A DNA stretch of 63,364 nt, counting the filler, from Octopus bimaculoides (taxonomy: Eukaryota): NCBI RefSeq assembly GCF_001194135.2. It is 4 parts of 3 records of this genome, joined end to end, with 100 filler letters (N's around TTAATTAATTAA, not from the genome) between each part and the next. Parts side by side here need not be neighbours in the genome. Positions count along the whole stretch, not along the records: positions 1 to 22,484 come from NC_068985.1; positions 22,585 to 32,075 come from NC_068991.1; 2 more parts are not named here. One strand, given 5' to 3'. Below are positions 13,001-24,187 of this stretch, one piece after another. Made by a program: the position numbers and the translations under genes. Below the pieces are notes generated by a model. The model had not been told where the DNA came from, made no database searches, and was given only the letters and a program-made list of their open reading frames with translations. Within the stretch, counting starts at the first letter, position 1. Each line of letters starts with the position of its first letter.

Positions 13001-14841
13001 ATTAGTATAATTTTTGTGTATCTCCATAGAATCTTTTGGACAATAAGTACCACTGTGAAAATTCCTGAATATGTTAGTGTATTACATTGAGTGAAACAAA
13101 TAAACAATGGTTTCATTTTGTCTATTCTCTTGTTGAGCTTTATCATCACTTCATGTTGCTTTTTAGTAGTCATACAGGGTCTTTTTAAAAGCTTAGCTAT
13201 CACTTTCGCTAATCGTCAATGAAGCCACGAGCAGACAGGCACTCTCTCAGCCTGCCCACCCTTGACCCAGGGGAACACTGAGGATGAGAAAGCTAGAGGA
13301 AGAGAGCGTAGCACCAGCAGCTGGGTGGTACAGAGCAACACAAAATATTGTCTCTTAGCTAAGGACACAACATTCTGTCCAGTCTAATATTCGAACCCAC
13401 AGCCTTATGATCATGAGCCCAACACACTAATCACTAGGCCTTCCAGCTTCATCAAATATCTATACTAATCTCAAAAATGTATCATTCATAACGTTTATGA
13501 AACCCATAACATTTAAATCCCAATTCCTTTTGTTTTTTAAGTTTTTTTTTTCAGCAAATTTAGATTCTACGGAGTATATAGAATCTAAATTTGCTAAAAA
13601 ATAAAACTTCAAAAACAAAAGGAATTGGGATTTAAAACTTGTTGACACGATCTTATTTTAACAGTAAAAGAAAAAGAAGGATAAATTTTTACTAGATCAC
13701 TCTGAGAGCGAAATATGTGCATCTCCTCACCGCTCCCGTTTTTTTTTGGGGGGGGGGGTGTTTTAAATGAATTTGATCATTGGAAATTACGAGTTTTTAA
13801 GAGATGAGTGTTATAGTAAACATCTGCCACAAAAAAAAATTATTATATGTACACTAAAATGAATTTTGAACATTCAAAATTCATTTTAGTGTACATACAA
13901 AAAAGCCGTTATAACAGAAAAAAAATGTTACGCGAAAAATAACTGAAAGATGAAATACGATGAAAAATTAACTAGTTTATTTATTTATTTTTTTTGTTGT
14001 TCTCTCTAGTTTTAATTCTGGAACAAGATTTGGCGGAGTTTTGGAATAACAGACCCTGGAAATCCGTACCTCATGGTGGAAGGAAAACGATGCGGAAGTG
14101 GGTTAAAATGTAAAAAAAAAATCGGGTGGGTTGTTTTTTTTTTGTTGTTTTTTTTTTTTTGTGAATAACGTGGGGTGGTAAAAATTTATCGAAAAAAATT
14201 CACTTTTCCTTTCTCGTGAAGTAGGAAACTTCAAGGAGCAGATATTTCCAAAAATCCGCCAAGGATTTTAAAATTATTGAAAAGAAAGCTTCTTAAAATT
14301 GTTGTTTTAAGTTAATATCGGAAGCTATATAAAACTGATTTATTTCTGATATTTTTACGCAAAGAGCTATTTCAAAATTTCCTCGAGTCTACAGGGTGCC
14401 TAAAATATACGAGAACATTTTCCGTGGATGGTGGAGAGGGGGGGGGGTAAATATTGCATAATTGTAAATAATAAAAAATATATATTTAAGGTTAGAAAAT
14501 TAAGTGAAAAAGCAAACAAAGTATATAAATACAACAGAATAACGAGAAAGAGTAAGGAAGTATAAACTGGCATAAAAACAATGATAGATTAAGGATTGTC
14601 AATATTGTGAAGTGACATGGATTGAAAATAAGAGATATGAACCGACACTTGAACTAGAGCGGAAACGTTCTCATTGTAAGACGGATGTATATGAAATAAA
14701 TCAAATAATATTAATCATAATATGGCTTAAATAAACATTATAGCAGCGACTATATGGTATATAAGATGCAGCAATAGATGCGTAGAAAGGTTATAAGTAA
14801 ATAACAATGAACAAGTACAAAGGTTAAGACAAGATACGCAC

Positions 14842-15017
14842 CATGTGTAGCAGTGGTTATGTTCGGCTTGCTCTTCTTTCGTTAAGTTTACCTTTAAAGT
14901 AAAGTTCGAGATTGTTGTAGGACTGTACGGTAATAACACTTTAGGTGCATTTAATTTTCCACCACTGACACATGCTAAATTAACAACGGCGAGAAAGAAA
15001 ACTAGAAGAAAAGCCAT
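14842..15017 (-). CDS. NUP210: Nucleoporin gp210/NUP210, coding exon 1 (signal peptide plus start of luminal domain)
   Basis: MAFLLVFFLAVVNLACVSGG-KLNAPKVLLPYSPTTISNFTLKV...CYTW resembles the vertebrate NUP210 N-terminus as I recall it (KLNIPKVLLPF...VNFTL...CYRW). Hydrophobic signal peptide present. Phase-2 donor TG|gtgcgt at 14841. Confidence 0.93.
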
Positions 15018-15508
15018 TATTGAAAATGTTAAAATTGACCGCCAGTCTTTTTGTTTATCTGATAATGACTTTAGACGTTAGAGAGTTCTACTATCACGAG
15101 AATCAAGAGTTCTTGTTCTTAGTTGTACACAAAACTTTGAGGTCGTCACTTCACAGCAGATAGTTTGAGGCCGTGATACAAGTTTAACGAATATTATTAT
15201 TGTGTTTATTCCGAGATAGTAAAAAAAAGGATGGGATATAAACACTTGATCATATAATATGTATGGATGTCATCTGAGTGACCATAAGTGAGGGAAAAGA
15301 TGTACTTGTAAACTTGATCATATATATGTGTACGTGAGTCGTCTAAGAGACCATAAGTCAGGAAAAAAGTGCACTCATGTTTTGTCAGTAGAGTGGGTAT
15401 ATTATCCGAAATATATAGTATTAAATATCCATCACGAAACCAACTGGGAAGATCAGCCGTGATGGATAGTTAATACTATATATTTCGGATGATATATATG
15501 TATGTATT

Positions 15509-15555
<47 letters not shown>

Positions 15556-15777
15556 AGATAGACGAACTATTATATTATATATATACTCATACATACATAT
15601 ATTAGATACTATTTAATTACTCTGCTGCTCTATAACTTAGACTGCGCTTCTCTTTCGAATTTATGATTTACCTACAATATATATGTGTGTGCGTATGCTC
15701 GAGAGAGCGATCAGGCGTAGTTTTGTATGTATATGGATGAGTGGGAGTGAGACTGTAACTTCATTTACATAAAAAAA

Positions 15778-15785
15778 TTTGGCGC
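15778..15785 (+). promoter_or_regulatory. E2F consensus TTTGGCGC upstream of NUP210
   Basis: Exact consensus match in a CpG-richer patch ~760 bp upstream of the ATG. Motif match only. Confidence 0.3.
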
Positions 15786-18700
15786 TAGAAAATAACCTAA
15801 ACGAGGGAAAAGTAGTTATATAGTTTGGTAGTATCAACTCCTGAATTTAATTATGCAGGATAAAAAGTAGTTCGGCGTGTGAAAAATACTCTTAGCGCTA
15901 AAATATCCTTTTCCACATAAGTTTTGCGTCGCGCAAAACGGTGCGGAAATGTAGATCCTTATAAAAGGGGTTTCCGTCATACAGTTACACTTGAAAGGTA
16001 TTATCAGTCTGAGAATTTTTCGAGACATGATCCTGCCTATGAATCTATGTTACAAGGTTAAGAAAAAAGGATTCTTCTAAAGGTTCTGTGAAAAGATCCT
16101 CGAAAGAACTATTGAGGGTTATTATTGATTTATTTTCTGTGTTAAAGGACTTCATCGTTGATTTAGCTTTTCATTGAACGGGATCGTCGACAAGGGTTAT
16201 TCTTAAAATTTCATCTCAATCACTTGTACGTTAACTTAGATTATCAACCAAAGATTATTGGTTTAAGAGTTAATTTGATGCAAATCAAGAAATATTGTAG
16301 AAATAAAGGTTAAAACAAAACAACCCCATGTAGTCGAACACCTTTTTTTTATTGAGTTTCGGGGGTGGGATCCTTGAAGTCCTTTTTACTGAGAAACTTG
16401 GCCGGACTTGGTTGTTTGCTCTCTGGTTTCGATAAACACTTGATCTGTTTAGAGTCAGTCCCACTGCCTAATTTAGAGGAATTAGTTAATAAAATGTCTT
16501 CTTACAAGAGCTATCAACTTCCGTAACATCTTTCATTGTGTCATGTTGTATCCGATGGTAAAGTATTTACAAATTTCGAGGCAGACGCTCAACTGTGTCG
16601 ATTTAAACGTTTTAGTTTTGGGACTTGCAAACGGTTTCCAATGAATTATAGGTTATTTTAGTCGTGGAAATGAATCGGAATGTATGTACACCTGTTAGGT
16701 GGCGTCTCCATAAGAAGTAACATGAAAGAGCATAACAAAAAAAAAAGTTGCTCATAAGGCTAATATAACATTGAATAACGATAAATGTAAATTTTCATCT
16801 AAGCGTATAAGTTCTCTAATTTATCAAATGAGCCTGAACAAATTTCAACCCGGCCTCACACGTTTAAACCCACTTAAATAAATACCTTTGCATATTAATA
16901 AAGTTTTTATCTCATGTGATGGATCTGTTCGCTTATTATTCCACATGCATTTTTCGATTCCTGAAAGAATATTTCTAATCAACCGCTCAAATTTCTCTCT
17001 AACTTTCTACACGCAAGTGCTATCCACATATAACATTGATATTGCCACGCTTTAAAATGCTAGGACTCACTATCATCGAAGATCTCTTTCAGTGATGGGA
17101 TCTTAAAGACTGACCTTCCTCTTCAGGGTCAGAAAATACTCCCCCTCCTCAACAACTAATCAGACACAAAGCTCTTATATGACCCACAATGAAACAGCAG
17201 TGTTGATAGATATTGTAGCGGTGATTCGAAATCCCAACAGCTAGATAACCGGTTAGACACCACGAACAAACCACCACAGTGTCACGTAATCGGTCTATTA
17301 ATTGACCAAACAGCACAATGCTGTGGCGTAATATGGGTATTCTCGGATGTTCTTCTTGTACCCTATAAAAGACCTTTTTGCTGCTCAATTAATCGCACAG
17401 TGCTGAAAGCGGCTGAGCGATATGCGCCTCTACTCTTGCCAATGCGGATGGTCCTAGGGACATTACGCAGACGGCTTCAGGTTCCAGGACAGACCCATTC
17501 TGAACATTCATACAATGTCTTATAAGTAACTTCTATGGATGTGGTGCAGTTTTTTCCTCTATCCCAATTGGAAATTATTAATATTGTTCATTGTAAATAG
17601 TCAACACCAAAAGTCTTTATGTCCTGCAATAAATATTTCAGTTAAATGTTCGCGGATTTGCTTCAGTTATTATTCACGTAGCCAACGAAATATATCTTCA
17701 TTTACCAGCTCCACATTGCATCAAGCAAATCACCTCGCGATAATCTCTAAGACTGCATTTTAAGCAAGATAACTCAACTGATTAGTGTAAAGCTAGTCTC
17801 ATTTACATTCCAGCCTATATGACCATCACCGTCATGATGGCCTATATGACCATCATGCTGTGGTTTGTTAGTGGCGTATGTTAGTGTTCCATTCTAGTTT
17901 CCTATTCAGGCTAGGTTTCCCTTCTATTATGTGTGTAGCTTCAGTAATTTGTCTAAGTGCTGCAGCACTAACATACGCCACTAACAAACCACAGCATGTG
18001 ACAACATGTTACCCATAAACCAATAATAGGAACAAAGTATAATACAATACATAGATAANNNNNNNNNNNNNNNNNNNNNNNNNNNNNNNNNNNNNNNNNN
18101 NNNNNNNNNNNNNNNNNNNNNNNNNNNNNNNNNNNNNNNNNNNNNNNNNNNNNNNNNNNNNNNNNNNNNNNNNNNNNNNNNNNNNNNNNNNNNNNNNNNN
18201 NNNNNNNNNNNNNNNNNNNNNNNNNNNNNNNNNNNNNNNNNNNNNNNNNNNNNNNNNNNNNNNNNNNNNNNNNNNNNNNNNNNNNNNNNNNNNNNNNNNN
18301 NNNNNNNNNNNNNNNNNNNNNNNNNNNNNNNNNNNNNNNNNNNNNNNNNNNNNNNNNNNNNNNNNNNNNNNNNNNNNNNNNNNNNNNNNNNNNNNNNNNN
18401 NNNNNNNNNNNNNNNNNNNNNNNNNNNNNNNNNNNNNNNNNNNNNNNNNNNNNNNNNNNNNNNNNNNNNNNNNNNNNNNNNNNNNNNNNNNNNNNNNNNN
18501 NNNNNNNNNNNNNNNNNNNNNNNNNNNNNNNNNNNNNNNNNNNNNNNNNNNNNNNNNNNNNNNNNNNNNNNNNNNNNNNNNNNNNNNNNNNNNNNNNNNN
18601 NNNNNNNNNNNNNNNNNNNNNNNNNNNNNNNNNNNNNNNNNNNNNNNNNTATATATATATATTTGTGTGTGTGTATAGTACAGGTTAGTTAAAATGTTTG

Positions 18701-18794
18701 CAATAACAAATGTCGCGTGGTGGGAATAAACGCAGTTACCAAACTTTCATTCATAAATCCATTTATTATTTCGTTCTTTCGCATTTCAATTTGT

Positions 18795-19425
18795 GCATTT
18801 GTACCCAGAAATTTTCAACAACTGCACGCCAGAAGAAATGGAAAAATGAGTAATTTTATCTCCTAATAATTCTGACTGTGTTGCAATAAATGAAAAAGTT
18901 CTTAATATTTTACCAGAGGCACTCAAAACATACTTAAGCACAGATTCAGTGTCCTGCAATATTGAAGAGGAGGTTCAGAACTATCCATTTGAATTCATAA
19001 ACTCGCTCTATCTGGTATGCCTCCTCATCGCCTCAACTTAAAAGTAGAGGCTATTGTAATGCTGCTAAGAAGTCTTTCAATCAGCCAAGGATTATGCAAA
19101 GACTTCATGAACATTGTATAGAGGCATCATTGGTAACAGGTCCCAACAGAAGTCGTACAGTTCTAATTCCCAGAATTAAACTTAGCCCAAGTGATGCAAA
19201 TATTCCATTCACACTAAACAAACTTCAGTTTCAACTTCGACTTGCATATTCAATGACTGAAAATGTTGGAATACATTTGCCTCATCCGGTATTTTCTCAT
19301 GGCCAATTATATGTCGCATTTTCAAGAGCACGAGCTATGAACAATATCAAAGTAAGAGTTATGACACCCACTTTGGATGACAAGGTCAAAAACGTGGTGT
19401 GACACATAAAATATTGTCTACCATG
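18795..19425 (+). mobile_element. Helitron PIF1-helicase C-terminal remnant (frameshifted)
   Basis: SGMPPHRLNLKVEAIVMLLR, VLIPRIKL, QFQLRLAYSMT and PVFSHGQLYVAFSRA are PIF1/Helitron motifs. Confidence 0.92.
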
Positions 19426-20301
19426 AAGTACTGTGAGGAAGACCACCGCACCAGACGCTCCATCATTACACATCCACGTCACACCTTTAAGATTAGGGGC
19501 CCGCTGGATCTCTCTCAGCTAACCAGCAAACCACATAATCGCACCAGCCAGCATCACCACTACCGCCAAATCCATAATATATATATGTATACATGTATGT
19601 ATGTATGTATGTATGTATGTATGTGTTTGTCCCACCACCACTACCATTGCTTGACAACCGATGTTAGTGTGTTTGCGTCCCTGTAATTTAGCTGTTCAGC
19701 AGAAGAAACTGATAGAATAAGCACCAGGCTTACAGGGAATAAGTCCAGGGATCATTTTCTTCGACTAAAGGGTGGTGCTCCAGCATGGCCACCGTCAAAT
19801 GACTGAAACAAGTAAAAGAATAAAATATTAGCAGAAAAACGTTCCGTACCACTAAACCAAGAAGGTTCTTTGAATATGTACAATATATTTTAAGTTTAAA
19901 TAGTAATTCCGTTTAAGTTTGTGTAACATATTTTGGTTGGATTATATAGTCATTGGTGTTACATTACTTTCTATATTCTGTAACTGCTACAATATACTTT
20001 TTTAGGCCTAAAATTTTTGTGGGGAGGGGCCAGTTGATTAGATCGACCCCCAGTACACAAGTGGTACTTAATTTATGGACCCCGAAAGGACAAAAGATAA
20101 AGTCGACCTCGGCAGCATTTGAACTCAGAACGTAAAGAAAAACGGTCATAATATAGAAACGTTTCTCATGGCACCAGTACACTGTTTACAGATGCTTACA
20201 TTTTTTGTTTTCCGTGAATTTTTCACGGGTCCAGCTAGTTCATATGATTATGCAAAAAAAAAAAAAAATAGGTGCGTGATTTAAGGTCTATTTAAAAAGC
20301 C

Positions 20302-20307
20302 AATAAC

Positions 20308-20360
<53 letters not shown>

Positions 20361-20388
20361 TAATAATAATAATAATAATGATAATGAT
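20302..20388. repeat. (AAT)n microsatellite
   Basis: Direct reading. Confidence 0.95.
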
Positions 20389-20820
20389 ACAAGCGAGTAA
20401 GCAGCCTGGAAACACTTTAGCCTGTTACTATGGCAACAGACACCTATATGTCTGTGGCTTTCGATTGGCTAAAATTACCCAAATTTTGCAAACTTTAAAA
20501 GCTATTAACTCTTTATTATGATTTATGGTGAAAATGAATTTCATGTCAATGATTACCTTAAAAAACTACACCATTATGCCAAATATGAAATAAACTGGAA
20601 CAAAAATCGGAGGAAATTGAAAAGTGGCAGCCAAATAGCCCTATAAGTCCTAGAACTCGAAACAGTAGTTTTCAGTTAACTTTTACATTTGAAGACGCAC
20701 ATTAACCAATGTATATTTGCCTTTTTTTTTCTTAGATAGTGGAAGGATGATTCGAGGGAGATTTGGCTGCTATTTCTAGCATATCGAGTGACCAGGAATT
20801 AGCTTGTTTGTGCAAGTGCA

Positions 20821-20946
20821 GTCAGTCGAATACTCCGCATAACGGACGCTAGTAGGTTTTAGGGAGTGCGTACCGTTTTGGGACCTTACTTTCGACGGCC
20901 TTACTGCGCACCGTTCACTTCTCTCCCACTCACTGGTTCGACTGAC
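20821..20946. mobile_element. pogo/Tigger-like MITE remnant
   Basis: gtcagtcgaa ... ttcgactgac 10-bp inverted termini with a CAGTCGAA-type start. Confidence 0.4.
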
Positions 20947-21289
20947 AAGTAGTGTTCGCCCTTAAGCCCATTTCGGAATCCAAGCTTCATCATTCCTTTT
21001 TAGCCAAATCCAACTGTCGCCTGGAATTTTCATCTTCGTTATCTCGTAGTAGTAAGTTTAGGTGGATCAGTTTAATCTAGAATAAAATGATTGCAGCGTG
21101 GAAGTCATATATTGGCCTTTCAGAAAGACACAAAGACTGTTAACCTCACTAAAACACTTATTATTTGTAATATGGTGTCAAGATTTTCGTTGCCTGACAC
21201 TGCGCCTTATCTCCATGCTGCAATAGTTTTAGTTTCAACGCACGGTCTCTGATAAGTACACTTCCGTGGATTAAACGTTCTGTCTAAAG

Positions 21290-21535
21290 ATAGAGGAAGA
21301 GAGGCAGAGAGAGAAGGGTAAAGTGATGAGTGGGGGGATGGAGAGAGAGAGAAAGAGAGAGGCAGAAAGTGAAGGGTAAAGTGATGAGTGGGAGACGGAG
21401 AGAGAAAAAGAGAGGGAGAGATAGACAGACACAGATAGACAGATGAGAGAGGTAGAGAGAGGCAGAACGAGACACGGAGAGAGGGAGATGGAGAGAGAGA
21501 AATACAGGGGAGGGAGAGACAGAGAGTGAGCATGT
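21290..21535. repeat. GA-rich low-complexity tract
   Basis: (GA)n-like sequence with a duplicated gaagggtaaagtgatgagtgg. Confidence 0.85.
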
Positions 21536-21972
21536 TTTTTATGCTGATTCACTGCGAATGTTCTCTTTTATGACTTAACAAACATAAGAATAAAACTAAT
21601 GCAAACAATAATAACGGTTTCATCAATTATTGAAAAAGGCAGAGTCTTCACATTGGTTATTTGCATTTGTAAAGAGGGAAGGGGAGCAAAAGACTACACT
21701 GAGATACATCTTTCGATGGACGGCTGACATTAAAAGGCAGCTGCTTCAGTGAGGCTTATTTTCTATAGAAAAAGTCACTTCTGTAATTGCCTGGTTGATC
21801 ATTAAGAAAGTTTCAATAGCGGTTGAATAATAAATGTGACGTGATGGGATGAATATACGCAAGGTACTTTGAAAGGGATGGAGAGGACCATTGAATTGAA
21901 TATAGTACCTTTAGCATTACTAAAAAATAAATATTTGCCACATTATGTTGGCAAATAATCTTTACTCTAGAG

Positions 21973-22138
21973 CAGTACTACTCAAAGTGGTGGTCAGCGG
22001 ACGGGTGTCGGTTCGCGAGCCATCAGCTGCCGGTACGCTGCGAGTTTCCAGACAAGAAAGAAACATTATAAAATGCTTATGTAATATTGTTTACAAAATA
22101 AATATAAGATGAAAAATCAGATAGTTTGAGATGCACTG
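21973..22138. mobile_element. hAT (Charlie-like) MITE, 166 bp
   Basis: TIRs CAGTACTACTCAAA / TTTGAGATGCACTG. Exact 8-bp TSD ctctagag at 21965-21972 and 22139-22146. Confidence 0.85.
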
Positions 22139-22484
22139 CTCTAGAGGACTGCCACACAAAAAAGACACAGTGTGTCGTGTAGCCAGCTGGAGACGATGTT
22201 TCCTGGGGCTAAATAGCAGTAACATTCGTCCAAACCAGGACTGCCACATTATGTTGACAAATGACTTTTACAAATAGAGAGAAAGGAAATCCCTTTAATT
22301 TCGTCAAAAGCTAAGTAAAAAAAGAATTTTTTTTTCAAAACCCTGATAACATAATCATCTCTCCCTTTTTATTTATTCATTTATATATTTATTTGTTTAT
22401 TTATTTATTTGTTTATTTGTTTATATCAAAAAATGAAGGCAAACAGAAGATCCATTTATTTTTATTATTTAACTTTTCTTCCTT

Positions 22485-22584
22485 NNNNNNNNNNNNNNNN
22501 NNNNNNNNNNNNNNNNNNNNNNNNNNNNTTAATTAATTAANNNNNNNNNNNNNNNNNNNNNNNNNNNNNNNNNNNNNNNNNNNN
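22485..22584. other. Artificial 100-bp scaffold spacer: 44 N + TTAATTAATTAA + 44 N (also 32076-32175 and 62086-62185)
   Basis: Identical architecture three times. The 12-mer gives stop codons in all six frames. Confidence 0.93.
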
Positions 22585-23209
22585 CTCTATAATGTAAAAA
22601 GTCGGATTTCCTGTAGCAACTTGGTCTTTTCCCCGCTACTAAAAGACATGAAGAACTATGAAAGAATGCGAATAAGTACCGGAGGTGGAGGAAAGAAGGG
22701 AGAACTAACACTTGATCGTTCTAGAACTCCCAGAAAAAAACACCTAAATACCTGAAATATTTTCCCTCTATTCATTACTAAATGTCTTTCTCTCTTCATT
22801 GATGCCATGAGAAATGTTTGTGTATTGTGACAGTTACATAATATAGAAAGAAGTGTAAAACCGATAAGTATATAATCCAACTAAAATGTCACAGTTACGC
22901 AAACGTAAACTGAATTAGTATTTAACCTCAAAATACGTTGTACATATTATAAGAACACTCTTGGTTTAGTGGCACGGAAAGTTCTTCTGGTAGTCTTTTA
23001 CTTGTTTCAGTAATTTGACGGTGGTCAAGCTGGAGCACCGCCCTTTAGTCGAAGAAATCGACTCCTGGACTTATTCTCTGTAAACCTGGTGCTTAATCAA
23101 TCGGCCTTTTCTGCCTAACAGCTAAGTTCCGAGGACGCAAACAGACCAACATCGGTTGTCAAACATTGGTGTGGGAGGGACAAATATAGACACACACACA
23201 TGTACGTAC
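22585..23209. repeat. Diverged paralogue of the UGT downstream region (26265-27135), blocks in permuted order
   Basis: 22800-23205 matches 26265-26665; 22637-22790 matches 26985-27135; 22586-22625 matches 26738-26775. Roughly 85-90% identical by eye. Confidence 0.85.
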
Positions 23210-23917
23210 NNNNNNNNNNNNNNNNNNNNNNNNNNNNNNNNNNNNNNNNNNNNNNNNNNNNNNNNNNNNNNNNNNNNNNNNNNNNNNNNNNNNNNNNNNN
23301 NNNNNNNNNNNNNNNNNNNNNNNNNNNNNNNNNNNNNNNNNNNNNNNNNNNNNNNNNNNNNNNNNNNNNNNNNNNNNNNNNNNNNNNNNNNNNNNNNNNN
23401 NNNNNNNNNNNNNNNNNNNNNNNNNNNNNNNNNNNNNNNNNNNNNNNNNNNNNNNNNNNNNNNNNNNNNNNNNNNNNNNNNNNNNNNNNNNNNNNNNNNN
23501 NNNNNNNNNNNNNNNNNNNNNNNNNNNNNNNNNNNNNNNNNNNNNNNNNNNNNNNNNNNNNNNNNNNNNNNNNNNNNNNNNNNNNNNNNNNNNNNNNNNN
23601 NNNNNNNNNNNNNNNNNNNNNNNNNNNNNNNNNNNNNNNNNNNNNNNNNNNNNNNNNNNNNNNNNNNNNNNNNNNNNNNNNNNNNNNNNNNNNNNNNNNN
23701 NNNNNNNNNNNNNNNNNNNNNNNNNNNNNNNNNNNNNNNNNNNNNNNNNNNNNNNNNNNNNNNNNNNNNNNNNNNNNNNNNNNNNNNNNNNNNNNNNNNN
23801 NNNNNNNNNNNNNNNNNNNNNNNNNNNNNNNNNNNNNNNNNNNNNNNNNNNNNNNNNNNNNNNNNNNNNNNNNNNNNNNNNNNNNNNNNNNNNNNNNNNN
23901 NNNNNNNNNNNNNNNNT

Positions 23918-24187
23918 TATACTAAATAAAGAACTCACGAAAACTTTCCAAAAGGAACAGAACATAAATATCCTTCCAATGAATGAGATACCAGAAATTG
24001 AAGAAATTCGCAGTGCTTCAGAGAAGCAAGAATGTAGAAGAGTATTCGTGATGAAAAAGGCCCTAAATTTATTCCCTCCAGTGTGCGAGAGAATTCTAAG
24101 GGATGAAAAATCGATTGAAATGATGAGAGCAGTGAATGCTAGTTTAGCTGTTATTAATGGATTATTTGTGACAAACTGTCTTACAAT
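23918..24187 (+). repeat. 270-bp exact direct repeat, copy 1 (copy 2 at 31806-32075)
   Basis: No differences seen on base-by-base reading. Offset is 7888 bp. Both copies abut N gaps. Confidence 0.95.

Noticed and set aside
13080-13170. C/D snoRNA (minus-strand GTGATGA)
   Set aside because: No D box or terminal stem nearby.
15921-16061. 46-codon open frame (GNVDPYKRGFRHTVTLERYY...) as a head-to-head gene
   Set aside because: No start codon or acceptor, weak donor, and no family recognised.
17214-17510. Solo LTR (TG start, tataaaag)
   Set aside because: No convincing 3' end, inverted termini or TSD.
23156-23965. Long ORFs in the track here and at 7460-8063, 32746-33288, 45193-45651, 46288-47297 and 60406-60854
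   Set aside because: They are artefacts of N runs and microsatellites.
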